A DNA stretch of 64,000 bases from an uncultured Candidatus Saccharibacteria bacterium. Lineage in GTDB: Bacteria; Patescibacteriota; Minisyncoccia; Phycocordibacterales; UBA2163. Of the stretch, positions 30,206-39,787 are shown in pieces (position 1 is the stretch's first letter; each line of letters begins with the position of its first letter). The notes beneath the pieces are model-generated. The model was not told the origin of the DNA. It worked only from the letters and a program-made list of their open reading frames with translations, and made no database searches. The translations under genes and the position numbers were made by a program. The DNA lies in assembly GCA_964626705.1 (NCBI GenBank), contig CAZVGL010000003.1, positions 6,543 through 70,542 on the forward strand, in the 5' to 3' direction.

Positions 30206-31570
30206 TTAATTATTATTTTTGTCTTTTAAATCAGCGATCTCTTTCTTGAGTTCAATCATCTTTAACTCCCTACCTGTCATAGCATCGTTCATAGCCTCTG
30301 CGCGCTCTATTGCATTATCAGCTTCTTTTTTCTTCTCTAAGACCACTTCTGTTTGTTCTTTTACTTTTTGGTCGATCTCTCTTTGTGATTTCTTGATAGC
30401 TAATGTCATTTTATCAAATTCCCTAGACAAGTCACCTAATTCATCTTTATATGTAGTACCTACTTTATAATTTAAATCTCCTTTTCCTATGATACTTGCC
30501 CCTTCGCTTAATACCCTTATCCTTCTAGATAAAAAATTAACAAGATATATACTTAAGAATATTGTTACGAAAAGTATTCCAACCATACCAAGCACTGCAA
30601 ATTGCAGTTTTTTATTTATCTCTTTTTTCAATAAGTCAGCCCTCTTTATAATATCAACCAGTATTTTATTAGCGGTGTCTTGCATCAGATCAATTCTAGC
30701 TGTCGCAGACAGAAACCAATGTAAGGCATCTATATTAAAGTCTTCAGTTCTTGAAAATGCAATTTCTCTAATACGCTCCGCTTCATTTACAGAAGGGTCA
30801 GACATCCTTTCTTTAAAGAAATCAATCTGTTCTTGGTTCGCATACCAAGTAAATGCATCAAAATATATATCCTGTGAATGAACTAGGAATAGAAACCTGG
30901 CTTCTGCACCATCACCAAACATATCTGAAGCGAAAGTGTTTGTCATTAATGCCCTTTCTTCCCCTGCTTTTTCTTTACCTTCTATAAAGATAATATATGC
31001 ATTTATATCTTCTGTTAGCTTTACGTCAGGGCTCGTCTGCGATGACACCAGTCTGACCACATCTAACATCTTACTGTTATGCTGGGTATAGAAATCTATA
31101 CCTTCAGAATCTGAAATACTAAGCCCACTTATCTGTGCTCTTAATTCAGAAAGTTTATTGTATTCTGCAAATGCAATATTAAATATATTTACAAACTTTT
31201 CTCCAAAATCTTCAGGATTAAAAGTATTTAAGAATACATCTAGACTCCTTCTTTTTACATTAGTAAGTTGCCTTTGATCACGAAGTACATCTACAAACTC
31301 TGCTCCATCACTCCCCATAAACCCTCCCGTAGCACCACGCTCTTTTTGCATTTCATGGACATACTCGCCAACCTTTGAAGATAGTTGGGACACTTGCTCA
31401 AGAGGTCTTAACTCTTTTAAAATATTTAATTGCTCTGTAATCGTAGTTACAGAAAAATACAATATAAGAATAATTGGAACGACGACCAAAACTCCAAGCA
31501 CTTACTTAAAAGATGGACGAAAAGTATTCCCAAAATCTTCTTTTGACTTTTTCCTAGAGTTTTTATTCAT
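30206..31570 (-). CDS. Kinase-less NIT (nitrate/nitrite) sensor with HAMP and coiled-coil tail; in-frame TAA at codon 23
   Basis: VHEMQKERG and KEKAGEERA NIT motifs; HAMP DELGDL; tail AMTGRELKMIELKKEI; ATG 31570, TAA 31502-31504, GTG 31499-31501 all in one frame. Confidence 0.8.
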
Positions 31571-31660
31571 AAGCTATGACTCTAGTATATCAGACAAACT
31601 ATAATGACTATTATCTAATTGTGGATAGTCTCTTCATTTTTTGTTGGTTTTTATTATTTT

Positions 31661-32773
31661 TTAAAATAACTTTATTATGTCGCTATAAGTGACAGCAAGC
31701 ATAAGTAGGATAAGTAATATAAAACCAATACCGTTTACTGTATTTACTATTTTTGGTTTTATGGCAGAACGTTTAATTGCCTCGATTATTATAACCACAA
31801 GTCGTCCTCCATCAAGTGCTGGAAATGGAAGTAAGTTTATTATCGCCAAATGTATTGAAATGATCGCTGTAAAATTAAATAAAGCTATTATCCCAAGAGC
31901 CGCCGCATCCCCCACGAGCCCTACGATACCTACCGGCCCTGCAACCTGTGACAAATCTGCGCTAAGTGTAAAGGCGCTTGCTATAAACCCACCGAGCCCG
32001 ACAGCTATGAGGATCGTCATCTCATACGTAAGCACCGCTCCTTCTATTATTGCTTTATGTATAGGAAGTTTAAGAGTACCGACATTACCAAGAAGTGTCC
32101 CTATGACTGCGCGTTCAGGCTCATTCTTTATAACACCAGTTTTAGGCATTACCACAGCAAGTGAAACCTCTTCATTTCTTTCATAAACAAAAGCTATATC
32201 TTCTCCATCATGTTCTGATATGAATTCAGATACAGTATCAGAATCCAATATATCTACAGATTCACTTCTTGTCGCAACGCTTAGCAATATATCCCCTGCC
32301 TTAAGGCCTCCAAGATCTGCAGGAGTGTCACCCAAAACACTTATCACAGTTAATTTTGAATTTGTTATTTCATACCCTTTGTCTACAATAAGAGGATCTC
32401 CTTCAGAGACTGGCATACCTATCATAAAGCCAGCTGAAAATAAAAGTACAGCCAAAAGCATATTGAATATTACTCCAGCTGTTATCACAAGTGCTTGGAT
32501 TCTTCTTTTTTTATTTACAAAACTCCGTTTACTATCTGGGCCTGATATAGATTCATCATTTGGATCTTCACCAAATATCTTCACAAATCCACCAAACGGT
32601 ATCCAGTTTAAAGAATACGTAGTCTCTCCTATTTTCTTACCGAAAATCCTCGGAGGAAACCCTATACCAAACTCATCCACCCTTATTCCTGACTTCTTAG
32701 CACTAATAAAATGCCCGAACTCATGCACGAGGATTAGAACTACAAGTACAATTATAAATATGATTATCGACAT
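31661..32773 (-). CDS. rseP: RseP-like site-2 protease (M50, PDZ)
   Basis: HEFGH, GGFVKI, NLLPFPALDGGR. Confidence 0.92.
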   Translation of the reverse strand: MSIIIFIIVLVVLILVHEFGHFISAKKSGIRVDEFGIGFPPRIFGKKIGETTYSLNWIPFGGFVKIFGEDPNDESISGPDSKRSFVNKKRRIQALVITAGVIFNMLLAVLLFSAGFMIGMPVSEGDPLIVDKGYEITNSKLTVISVLGDTPADLGGLKAGDILLSVATRSESVDILDSDTVSEFISEHDGEDIAFVYERNEEVSLAVVMPKTGVIKNEPERAVIGTLLGNVGTLKLPIHKAIIEGAVLTYEMTILIAVGLGGFIASAFTLSADLSQVAGPVGIVGLVGDAAALGIIALFNFTAIISIHLAIINLLPFPALDGGRLVVIIIEAIKRSAIKPKIVNTVNGIGFILLILLMLAVTYSDIIKLF

Positions 32774-33324
32774 TAGTTTAATATTTCACTTTCTTTCTTC
32801 GCCGCCATTGCGTCTAGTTTACCATTCTCTTCGTCAATTATCTTTTGCATGTCCTCTTTTAAGCCAAACTTCTCATCTTCACTGATTTCTTTATCTTTTT
32901 CTTTTTGTTGAATATCGTTCCATGTATTGTCACGCTCTCCACGCATAGAAACCCTAGCTGCCTCGAGCTTCTCTTTTACAAGCTTATTTAGAGTCTCTCG
33001 AACTTCTGATGTAAGCTCTGGGAAAAATATCCTCATACCTTTTTCATCTACAGATGTAGAAACACCAAGATTTGAATTTGTGATAGCCTTTTCAATATCT
33101 GTTATTTGTCCTGCATCGTATGGGGTGATGCGGAGCGTTCTTGCATCTTCCATATTGATACCTGCTACTTGGTTTATAGGTGCTTTGGTACCATATGAAT
33201 CAACCATAACGTTATCTAGAAGTGTTGTAGTAGCCCGTCCTGTTCTAATACCAGAAAACTCTTCTTTTAGGTGCTTTTGTATATCTCCTGCTTTTTGCTT
33301 TAAATGTGAAAAATCGTAAGCCAT
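32773..33324 (-). CDS. frr: Ribosome recycling factor
   Basis: IRTGRA, PELTSEVR, ISEDE. Confidence 0.95.
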   Translation of the reverse strand: MAYDFSHLKQKAGDIQKHLKEEFSGIRTGRATTTLLDNVMVDSYGTKAPINQVAGINMEDARTLRITPYDAGQITDIEKAITNSNLGVSTSVDEKGMRIFFPELTSEVRETLNKLVKEKLEAARVSMRGERDNTWNDIQQKEKDKEISEDEKFGLKEDMQKIIDEENGKLDAMAAKKESEILN

Positions 33325-33357
33325 ATATATAAGTTATTAATATCTAATTATTAGCTA

Positions 33358-34038
33358 TTATACATTTAAAGCCAAATTTTCCAAAATCATCTTTACAGAC
33401 GGTGCTCTTCCTCTTATATAGTCACGAGACTTTTGTATAGTTTCAAATATCTCTATTCCCTCTCTTGTCCAAGGACCGTCCTTGGACTTGTTATATAAAG
33501 TTGTTTCTAAGTCATTTAAAAACTTTAATGCTTCTTCTTTATCTTTATTATCTATAATATTACTCAAAAGTTTTATACGTTCATTTTTTGATACCTTTAT
33601 AAAATCATTAGCTAACATCATGTCAGCATCTAATATGCTTTTTAATTTTATTATTTGAAATCTAGACTTAAGAGTTGGTAAAAATATTTCAGATGATGAA
33701 GTTATTATAAAAAAATGCACACCTTCTGCAGGCTCTTCAAAAAGTTTAAGCAGTGCGTTTTGCGCTTCTGAGGTAATTGATGAAAAAGCAATTACAAAAA
33801 TCCGCATACTTCCTTCCACAGCTTTTCGTGAAGCTTGTGTTTGTAACTCTCGTCCACTATCTATATTAAAGCTCTCAAACTCATGGAAATAGAAATCTAA
33901 ATTTGCTTTAGTTTTTATATTTAAATCATTCTCAAAAAAATTATACAAATTAGAAATAGCTGTCTTTCTATCTCCCTCTAATGCATAAGCGTGGTGCAAA
34001 TTTCCAGTCTTTTTGTATGAATCAATAATACTTTTCAT
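33358..34038 (-). CDS. holB: DNA polymerase III delta-prime-like subunit
   Basis: HHAY, EAQNALLKLFEEP, LPTLKSR. Confidence 0.8.
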   Translation of the reverse strand: MKSIIDSYKKTGNLHHAYALEGDRKTAISNLYNFFENDLNIKTKANLDFYFHEFESFNIDSGRELQTQASRKAVEGSMRIFVIAFSSITSEAQNALLKLFEEPAEGVHFFIITSSSEIFLPTLKSRFQIIKLKSILDADMMLANDFIKVSKNERIKLLSNIIDNKDKEEALKFLNDLETTLYNKSKDGPWTREGIEIFETIQKSRDYIRGRAPSVKMILENLALNV

Positions 34039-34055
34039 GCCTTTATTATACCAAA

Positions 34056-34132
34056 TTGATTAACTCAACCGGTTGAGTTAATCAAACGGCTTTAAATAAG
34101 GCTCCACAAAGGACAGTCCTTTGTGTGGATAA
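34056..34132. repeat. 30-bp perfect palindrome, second hairpin and DnaA box
   Basis: ttgattaactcaacc|ggttgagttaatcaa; aaggacagtcctt; tgtggataa at 34124-34132. Confidence 0.75.
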
Positions 34133-34147
34133 CTTTTTTTTGTTTTT

Positions 34148-37100
34148 TTATTTACCTTTCCCTGGCCAACGGTTGTAAAGTAGTGGAACTAAGAGAAGTG
34201 TTATGATAGAAGCAAACGATAGCCCAAAGATTATAGCAAATGCAAGTGGGCTCCAAAGGTCAGATGCATAAGTAAGGGGGATAATTCCAATCACTGTAGT
34301 CAAACTTGTAAGTACAATAGGACGAAGTCTTGAGGCTGACCCTTCTATTACGATGTCACGCAAACTCATATTATGAGTTTTGCCACTTTCTTTTCTTAGA
34401 TTATTAATAACGTCAATCAAAATGATGGCATTGTTTACTACGATACCAGAAAGTGCGATGTAACCCATCATAGATGGGAACGACAAAGCTTTACCAGATA
34501 TAGCAAGTCCCGTAAAGATTCCTATTAAAGAAAGTGGCACTATTGCTATAATAAATATCGCATGCCTAAATGAATTAAACTGAAGCACTAGTATAGAGAT
34601 CACCAAAAGCATACCTATTATAAGTGCTACGAACATATCTCTAAAAGACTGATCTACATCTTCACTTTCTCCACCTACTTTATAAGTCACACCCTCGACA
34701 AGACCCACTTCATTAATCCTTTCTTTAAATTCTTTTACTATATCTCCAGCGACGGCACCATCTGCAACCTCACTAGATACAGATTCATACCTATTAAGCT
34801 CTTCATGACGTATAAGTGCGGGACTTTTTTCTATTGATGTAGTTGTGAGTGACCCAAGCAGAACAGGACCATTTGGTGTTTGTATCTCGATCTGTCGTAT
34901 AGTATCCATTGTAGTTTTTGAAGTATCATGTGGAGTCCTATAGTTATTATTTAGATTAAGTTTTACTTGCACATCGATATCCTCCCCATCTTTATGTATA
35001 GTAGTCGCTGTTGCACCATGAATAGCAACACGCAAAGTCTGCGCAATAGTACCAAGATCAAGACCAACTTCCGCTATCTTTGCTCTATCTACACGCATAA
35101 CAAACTCTATATTGTCTCCTAATATACTCGTCTCAACTTCTCTTGTGCCGTCAATATTTTTTAAGAGTTTTTTAGCACTCTCTGCAGCACGTTCAAGATC
35201 GTTCAGATCATCACCAAAGAATTGTATAAATACCGGTGCACCTGTAGGAGGACCTTCATCTGCTTGGAGTATTCTTATCTCAGCATTTCTTATAGCACGA
35301 AATTCTTTTCGTAATTCTTCTGAAATAACAGTACTGGTTTTATCTTTTTTACTTTTCAGAACTGCTGTAATGTTTGCAAGCCTTCCGCTTCCCTGCCCAC
35401 CATCACCTCCAAAATCACTAGACGCACCAACTGTAGTTACAAATGATTCTATGTTTGGTCGTGTATATAATATCTCTTCGACAGCTCGTACTGACAGGTC
35501 GGTTTGTGAGAGCTCTGTCCCTTGAGGCCTTTCAACTTCAACAAATATAAAATCAGAATCTTCTTGTTCGAAGAAAATAGTTTTGACCACACCAGTTATC
35601 GGAAGAGCAAGCGCTACTATAAACAAGACAATTAGAATTATAAAAAACCATCTTTCTCTTATTTTATTTCCTAATAGACTACGGAGTATTTTCTTATACC
35701 ATTCTTTTATTTTTGAGGTATAAACCTCTTGTTTTTCTTCAAACGCACTTACCCCTCTTTTTTTCAAAGCTTTAGCTGAAATAAGAGGTATTATTCCAAG
35801 TGCTACAAAAAGTGAAGCTATAAGCACAAATATAATAGTAAAAGGTATGCCAGCTATAAATTCCCCTGTAACACCTGATATGAAAAATAGTGGTGCAAAC
35901 ACGGCAATAGTCGTCATCGTACCCGAAGTCAGAGGCCAATGAAACTCTTTTATAGTTTTACGAGCGGCATCTTTTCCTACCAAACCTTCACGCATATTTG
36001 TATGAGTACCTTCTGTTACCACGATCGCTGAATCTACTAAGATACCCACTGCTAAAATAAGAGAAAAGAGACTTATAAAGTTTATAGTATTGCCTGTGAC
36101 TTGAAGCCCGACAAACCCTATGAGAAAAGAAAGTGGTATAGCAAGCCCTGCAATAAGAGCTTCTCGCCAACCTATAGCTATAAATAGAATAACCATAACA
36201 AGTATTATCGTCTGAAGACCTGTGAACGAAAGTGTCCTTAAGTCGTCTTTTACAAACTCTCCAGTATCAAGAGCTACAAGTACTGTTGTATTCATAAGCA
36301 CACTATCATTCTGCAGCTCTGCTAACTTTTCCCTTACACTTCCAGCTATCTTTGTAATATCTCCACCTCTTTTCTTAAATACTGAAAACGTCACGGCTTG
36401 TTCTGATGGAGCACCATCAATACTGATCCTTGAAAATGTAGTCGTCTTACTTACACCATCTGACACAAAAGCAACATCTCGAACATAGATCGGTTGCCCA
36501 TCTGAAGTACCTATTACCATATTCGCAATCTCTGAAGTTTCTTTTATATCTCCTTGAAACTTCACAGAGTACTCAATACCATCGAGCGTGATTCCTCCAA
36601 TAGGAAGTGAGGTGTTTGAAAGAGATAATGCTCGCACTACATCCACAAGTCGTACACCAAACTTATGTAACTGAGTTTTGTTTACTATCACTTGTACTTC
36701 ACGGTCTTGTATTCCACTTTTTATAACTTTCGATACTCCTTTTACACTTTTAAGCTCATCTACTGTATCCTCTGCAAGCTCTATAAACTTAGTAACCGGC
36801 AGATCACTTGCAATAGATACTAGCATTATCGGCTGATCGACAAAGTTAACCTCAGACACAAAGGGATCCTCTGCATCAGTTGGTAATTCTCTTTTTATTT
36901 TTTCTACTTCATCTTTTACTTCTCGTACAGAATCGTCAATATCAGCATCCGCATTAAACTCAGCGATAACAACAGACACACCTTCTCGTGATATTGAAGT
37001 TATTTTATTTAATTCATCAAGATTATTATTTAAAGCCTCTTCTATTTCATTTGTTATGAGTTCTTCTACATCTTCAGCTCCTGCACCTGGGAATATAGTA

Positions 37101-37246
37101 GTAGTGATAGCAATAGGTATTTGCACTTCAGGGGATGACTCTTTTGGTATTATTATAACTGAAAAAATACCAAAAATAACAAGCGCCACTATGAGTAGTA
37201 GACTAAAGCTTGATTTCTTTAGAAAAAAATTCCAGATATTTATCAT
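34148..37246 (-). CDS. RND efflux permease (AcrB/CzcA family)
   Basis: 1032 aa; GILVDSAIVV, GIVVNNAIIL, RLRPIVLTSLTT. Confidence 0.95.
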   Translation of the reverse strand: MINIWNFFLKKSSFSLLLIVALVIFGIFSVIIIPKESSPEVQIPIAITTTIFPGAGAEDVEELITNEIEEALNNNLDELNKITSISREGVSVVIAEFNADADIDDSVREVKDEVEKIKRELPTDAEDPFVSEVNFVDQPIMLVSIASDLPVTKFIELAEDTVDELKSVKGVSKVIKSGIQDREVQVIVNKTQLHKFGVRLVDVVRALSLSNTSLPIGGITLDGIEYSVKFQGDIKETSEIANMVIGTSDGQPIYVRDVAFVSDGVSKTTTFSRISIDGAPSEQAVTFSVFKKRGGDITKIAGSVREKLAELQNDSVLMNTTVLVALDTGEFVKDDLRTLSFTGLQTIILVMVILFIAIGWREALIAGLAIPLSFLIGFVGLQVTGNTINFISLFSLILAVGILVDSAIVVTEGTHTNMREGLVGKDAARKTIKEFHWPLTSGTMTTIAVFAPLFFISGVTGEFIAGIPFTIIFVLIASLFVALGIIPLISAKALKKRGVSAFEEKQEVYTSKIKEWYKKILRSLLGNKIRERWFFIILIVLFIVALALPITGVVKTIFFEQEDSDFIFVEVERPQGTELSQTDLSVRAVEEILYTRPNIESFVTTVGASSDFGGDGGQGSGRLANITAVLKSKKDKTSTVISEELRKEFRAIRNAEIRILQADEGPPTGAPVFIQFFGDDLNDLERAAESAKKLLKNIDGTREVETSILGDNIEFVMRVDRAKIAEVGLDLGTIAQTLRVAIHGATATTIHKDGEDIDVQVKLNLNNNYRTPHDTSKTTMDTIRQIEIQTPNGPVLLGSLTTTSIEKSPALIRHEELNRYESVSSEVADGAVAGDIVKEFKERINEVGLVEGVTYKVGGESEDVDQSFRDMFVALIIGMLLVISILVLQFNSFRHAIFIIAIVPLSLIGIFTGLAISGKALSFPSMMGYIALSGIVVNNAIILIDVINNLRKESGKTHNMSLRDIVIEGSASRLRPIVLTSLTTVIGIIPLTYASDLWSPLAFAIIFGLSFASIITLLLVPLLYNRWPGKGK

Positions 37247-37248
37247 AT

Positions 37249-38859
37249 TTATTTTATTACAACCTCTTGTCCACTATCGAGCCCTCTAGCATCAAGAACG
37301 ATCTTCATGTCAGAAGTTATGCCTGAGAAAATAATGATCCCGTTGCCTACGATTGACCCAACAGATACAGGGTGTTCTATAAGTTTATTTTTTCCTCCAC
37401 CTAAAGGCAGTGCATCATCCACCGTAAACACAAAAATGCCATCTGTCTTTATCTTAAGAGAGGAGATCGGTACTATTATTTCTTTTGTACCATCATCAAC
37501 TACAAACGATCTTTCTACTTTTAGTTCTACAGACTCACCTTCTATAAAATCTGTCTCTGGGTCGACAATAGCCACTTTTAACTCTATCTTTTTGGTTTTT
37601 TTATCAAGCGCTGGTGCAACTTCAGATACTACTCCATCAAATCGGTCTTCTATAAGAGCTTTTGCGCCAACTATAATAGTTTTTTTATCATCTTCTGTTA
37701 TAAAAGATGTTATTTCAAGTGCATCGGAGTTTGATATAACTACAGCAGATTCAAATACTGAAACAAAATCCCCATTTTCAATATCAATATCGTTTATTGT
37801 TCCAGAAATAGGAGACCTTATAATAGTCTTTTCAAGACCTGATTGAGCTTGCCTTAATGCGCCTTGTGTTTGCTTTAATGCTGCTTGAGCTACTAATACA
37901 TCCTCTTCTCTACCACCAGCAAATCCTTCTTCTTGCTGTTTTTTTGCAATATCATATGAAGCAATCTTATTATTTAGATTATCTTTTGCAGAAGAAATGT
38001 CTGAAAGCGATGTATTGACACTTGTACGTGCTCCAAGTACCGCAGCTTTCCATGTATCGATCGTAGTCTGACTAAGATTTGTATTTGGTGTAAGTGAGTT
38101 TACAGCAGAAGCAGAATCATCAAGAAAATCTTTTATAAGAATAAGATTATTTTTTGCTTTTTCTAAAGAGATAAATAAGTCGTCATCTATAGCTATCTCA
38201 CCAAGCTCATCACTCCATAAGTCGAGCATATTCTCAATAGTAAAACGTCCAGACTCTATATCTGTTTCAAGCTGAGAATTAGTACTAACAAAAGAAAGCT
38301 GTGGATTAGTACCTGAAGGATTACTAAAGAATTGATCAACCTTATTACGCACCGCATCATCTGCAGCTCCTAATTCACTTTGCAAAGTATTAATAGTTGA
38401 TTGCTTTGCTTCCTCCAAAAGATCTTCGGCTTGATGAAGCTTTAATTCAAGGATTGATATTTGTTCTGAACGTGATCCAAGACGCGTTTTTGTAAGAGTT
38501 GCTTCTGCTGATTCTACCGCACCTTGTGCAGTAAGTACGGCTGCACGTTGTGAAGAATTTTCAATTTCTGCGATTATTCTTCCTGCATGTACAAAATCTC
38601 CAACTTCAGCATAAACACCTACAACCTTTCCAGAAACTTCTGTTTTCACTGTTACCTCATTTTCAGATGTCACCTCTCCGACAAGAGGAAGTGGAATACC
38701 TGTTTCTTGAAGACTTTTTATAGATATAAGACTAACCTCTTTCACAACATCAGTATCTAAGTCATCACCGTTTGACCCATTACGTGACAAAAGAGTAAAG
38801 CCAGCGACTGCTCCTAAAACAATTAAAATAAGTAGTGTTATAAGTATTTTTTTAAACAT
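37249..38859 (-). CDS. RND periplasmic adaptor (HlyD/MFP family)
   Basis: N-terminal TM, biotinyl-lipoyl halves, long hairpin, IRSPISG. Confidence 0.9.
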   Translation of the reverse strand: MFKKILITLLILIVLGAVAGFTLLSRNGSNGDDLDTDVVKEVSLISIKSLQETGIPLPLVGEVTSENEVTVKTEVSGKVVGVYAEVGDFVHAGRIIAEIENSSQRAAVLTAQGAVESAEATLTKTRLGSRSEQISILELKLHQAEDLLEEAKQSTINTLQSELGAADDAVRNKVDQFFSNPSGTNPQLSFVSTNSQLETDIESGRFTIENMLDLWSDELGEIAIDDDLFISLEKAKNNLILIKDFLDDSASAVNSLTPNTNLSQTTIDTWKAAVLGARTSVNTSLSDISSAKDNLNNKIASYDIAKKQQEEGFAGGREEDVLVAQAALKQTQGALRQAQSGLEKTIIRSPISGTINDIDIENGDFVSVFESAVVISNSDALEITSFITEDDKKTIIVGAKALIEDRFDGVVSEVAPALDKKTKKIELKVAIVDPETDFIEGESVELKVERSFVVDDGTKEIIVPISSLKIKTDGIFVFTVDDALPLGGGKNKLIEHPVSVGSIVGNGIIIFSGITSDMKIVLDARGLDSGQEVVIK

Positions 38860-39010
38860 ATTTGTATATTTAACGCTTCTTTAAGGTATTTTAAAATAAT
38901 AAAAAGTATACCACATCCTAGACAATAAGTAAATACTTATGTCAAGCAAGACGCTCTAAAAAAGACCCCCGTGGAGGGCCGTGAAATAGTACTTTTTAAG
39001 TCAAGAAGTA

Positions 39011-39490
39011 CTATATAAAAAATACAAAAGTAATAAACAAAGCAAATACAGCTATCGCAAGAAGAGTGTTTATGAAGATACCAGAGATAGACCCTATAAG
39101 TGACCCAGTTGCAGCTTTTAAAGCCTTTGTTTTATCTCCCTTCATAACAAACTCTGAAATTAAAATGCCAAGGAAAAGACCTAGAAAACCTCCAAATGGC
39201 GGTATAAGTAAAAACCCTAATACCAAACCCAAAAATCCAAAAGATATTCCCCTCCTCGATGCACCACCATATTTTGCACCTATGACTCCGGCAAAATAAT
39301 CTACAAGAATAGATACTACAAGTATCCCAGCAAATACTAAAAGATTATTAATAGTAAATCTTTCAAACCCATCAAGAAGCCCGAAGATGCCCGCCATCAA
39401 AAACATGTATGGCAATGCTGGCATCATAGGGATAAATGTCATAAACATTCCTGGGAATAATAGTATTGTAAATATTATTGGTAAAAACAT
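39011..39490 (-). CDS. DUF456-like membrane protein
   Basis: DYFAGVIGAKYGGAS, Gly-rich TMs. Confidence 0.8.
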   Translation of the reverse strand: MFLPIIFTILLFPGMFMTFIPMMPALPYMFLMAGIFGLLDGFERFTINNLLVFAGILVVSILVDYFAGVIGAKYGGASRRGISFGFLGLVLGFLLIPPFGGFLGLFLGILISEFVMKGDKTKALKAATGSLIGSISGIFINTLLAIAVFALFITFVFFI

Positions 39491-39491
39491 T

Positions 39492-39622
39492 TTATTCAGA
39501 ACTCATTTCTTTTTTTATGTCATTCACATCAAAAGGCCTTGGGAGAGTCTCTGCACTTTTATAAAGTACTATAGCCAAAAGCACTAAATTATTATAAATA
39601 TAACAAGTACTGTGTTTTTCAT
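39492..39622 (-). pseudogene. Small TM protein with apparent 1-nt deletion
   Basis: MKNTVLVIFIII then frame change to LVLLAIVLYKSAETLPRPFDVNDIKKEMSSE; 131 nt. Confidence 0.4.
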
Positions 39623-39624
39623 CT

Positions 39625-39783
39625 TTATACTCGGTTTTTAAACAGACCAACTATTCCAACAAATATAAGTAGCAATGTTGCAGCATTTAAAACTGTACTA
39701 AAAGTCTCATTTAGATCACCAAAAAACATAGTATGAATAAAACCTATAGCTATACCTAGTATTGCGATTTGAATACTTCTCAT
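39625..39783 (-). CDS. 52-aa two-TM hypothetical protein
   Basis: MRSIQIAILGIAIGFIHTMFFGDLNETFSTVLNAATLLLIFVGIVGLFKNRV; packed between ackA and the next ORF. Confidence 0.6.
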   Translation of the reverse strand: MRSIQIAILGIAIGFIHTMFFGDLNETFSTVLNAATLLLIFVGIVGLFKNRV

Positions 39784-39787
39784 AGTA

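Noticed and set aside
27896-31504. Stop-codon reassignment (code 25) to explain the interrupted island genes
   Set aside because: The lesions are a TAA and a frameshift; long genes translate fully in code 11
28013-31570. Methyl-accepting chemoreceptors
   Set aside because: No MCP signalling hairpin and no cheA/cheW in the window
5136-34132. Replication origin
   Set aside because: DnaA boxes are single and dispersed, and there is no dnaA/dnaN nearby
38921-38943. Operator-like inverted repeat upstream of the RND operon
   Set aside because: Short, AT-rich and imperfect; no regulator gene adjacent; promoter spacing unconvincing
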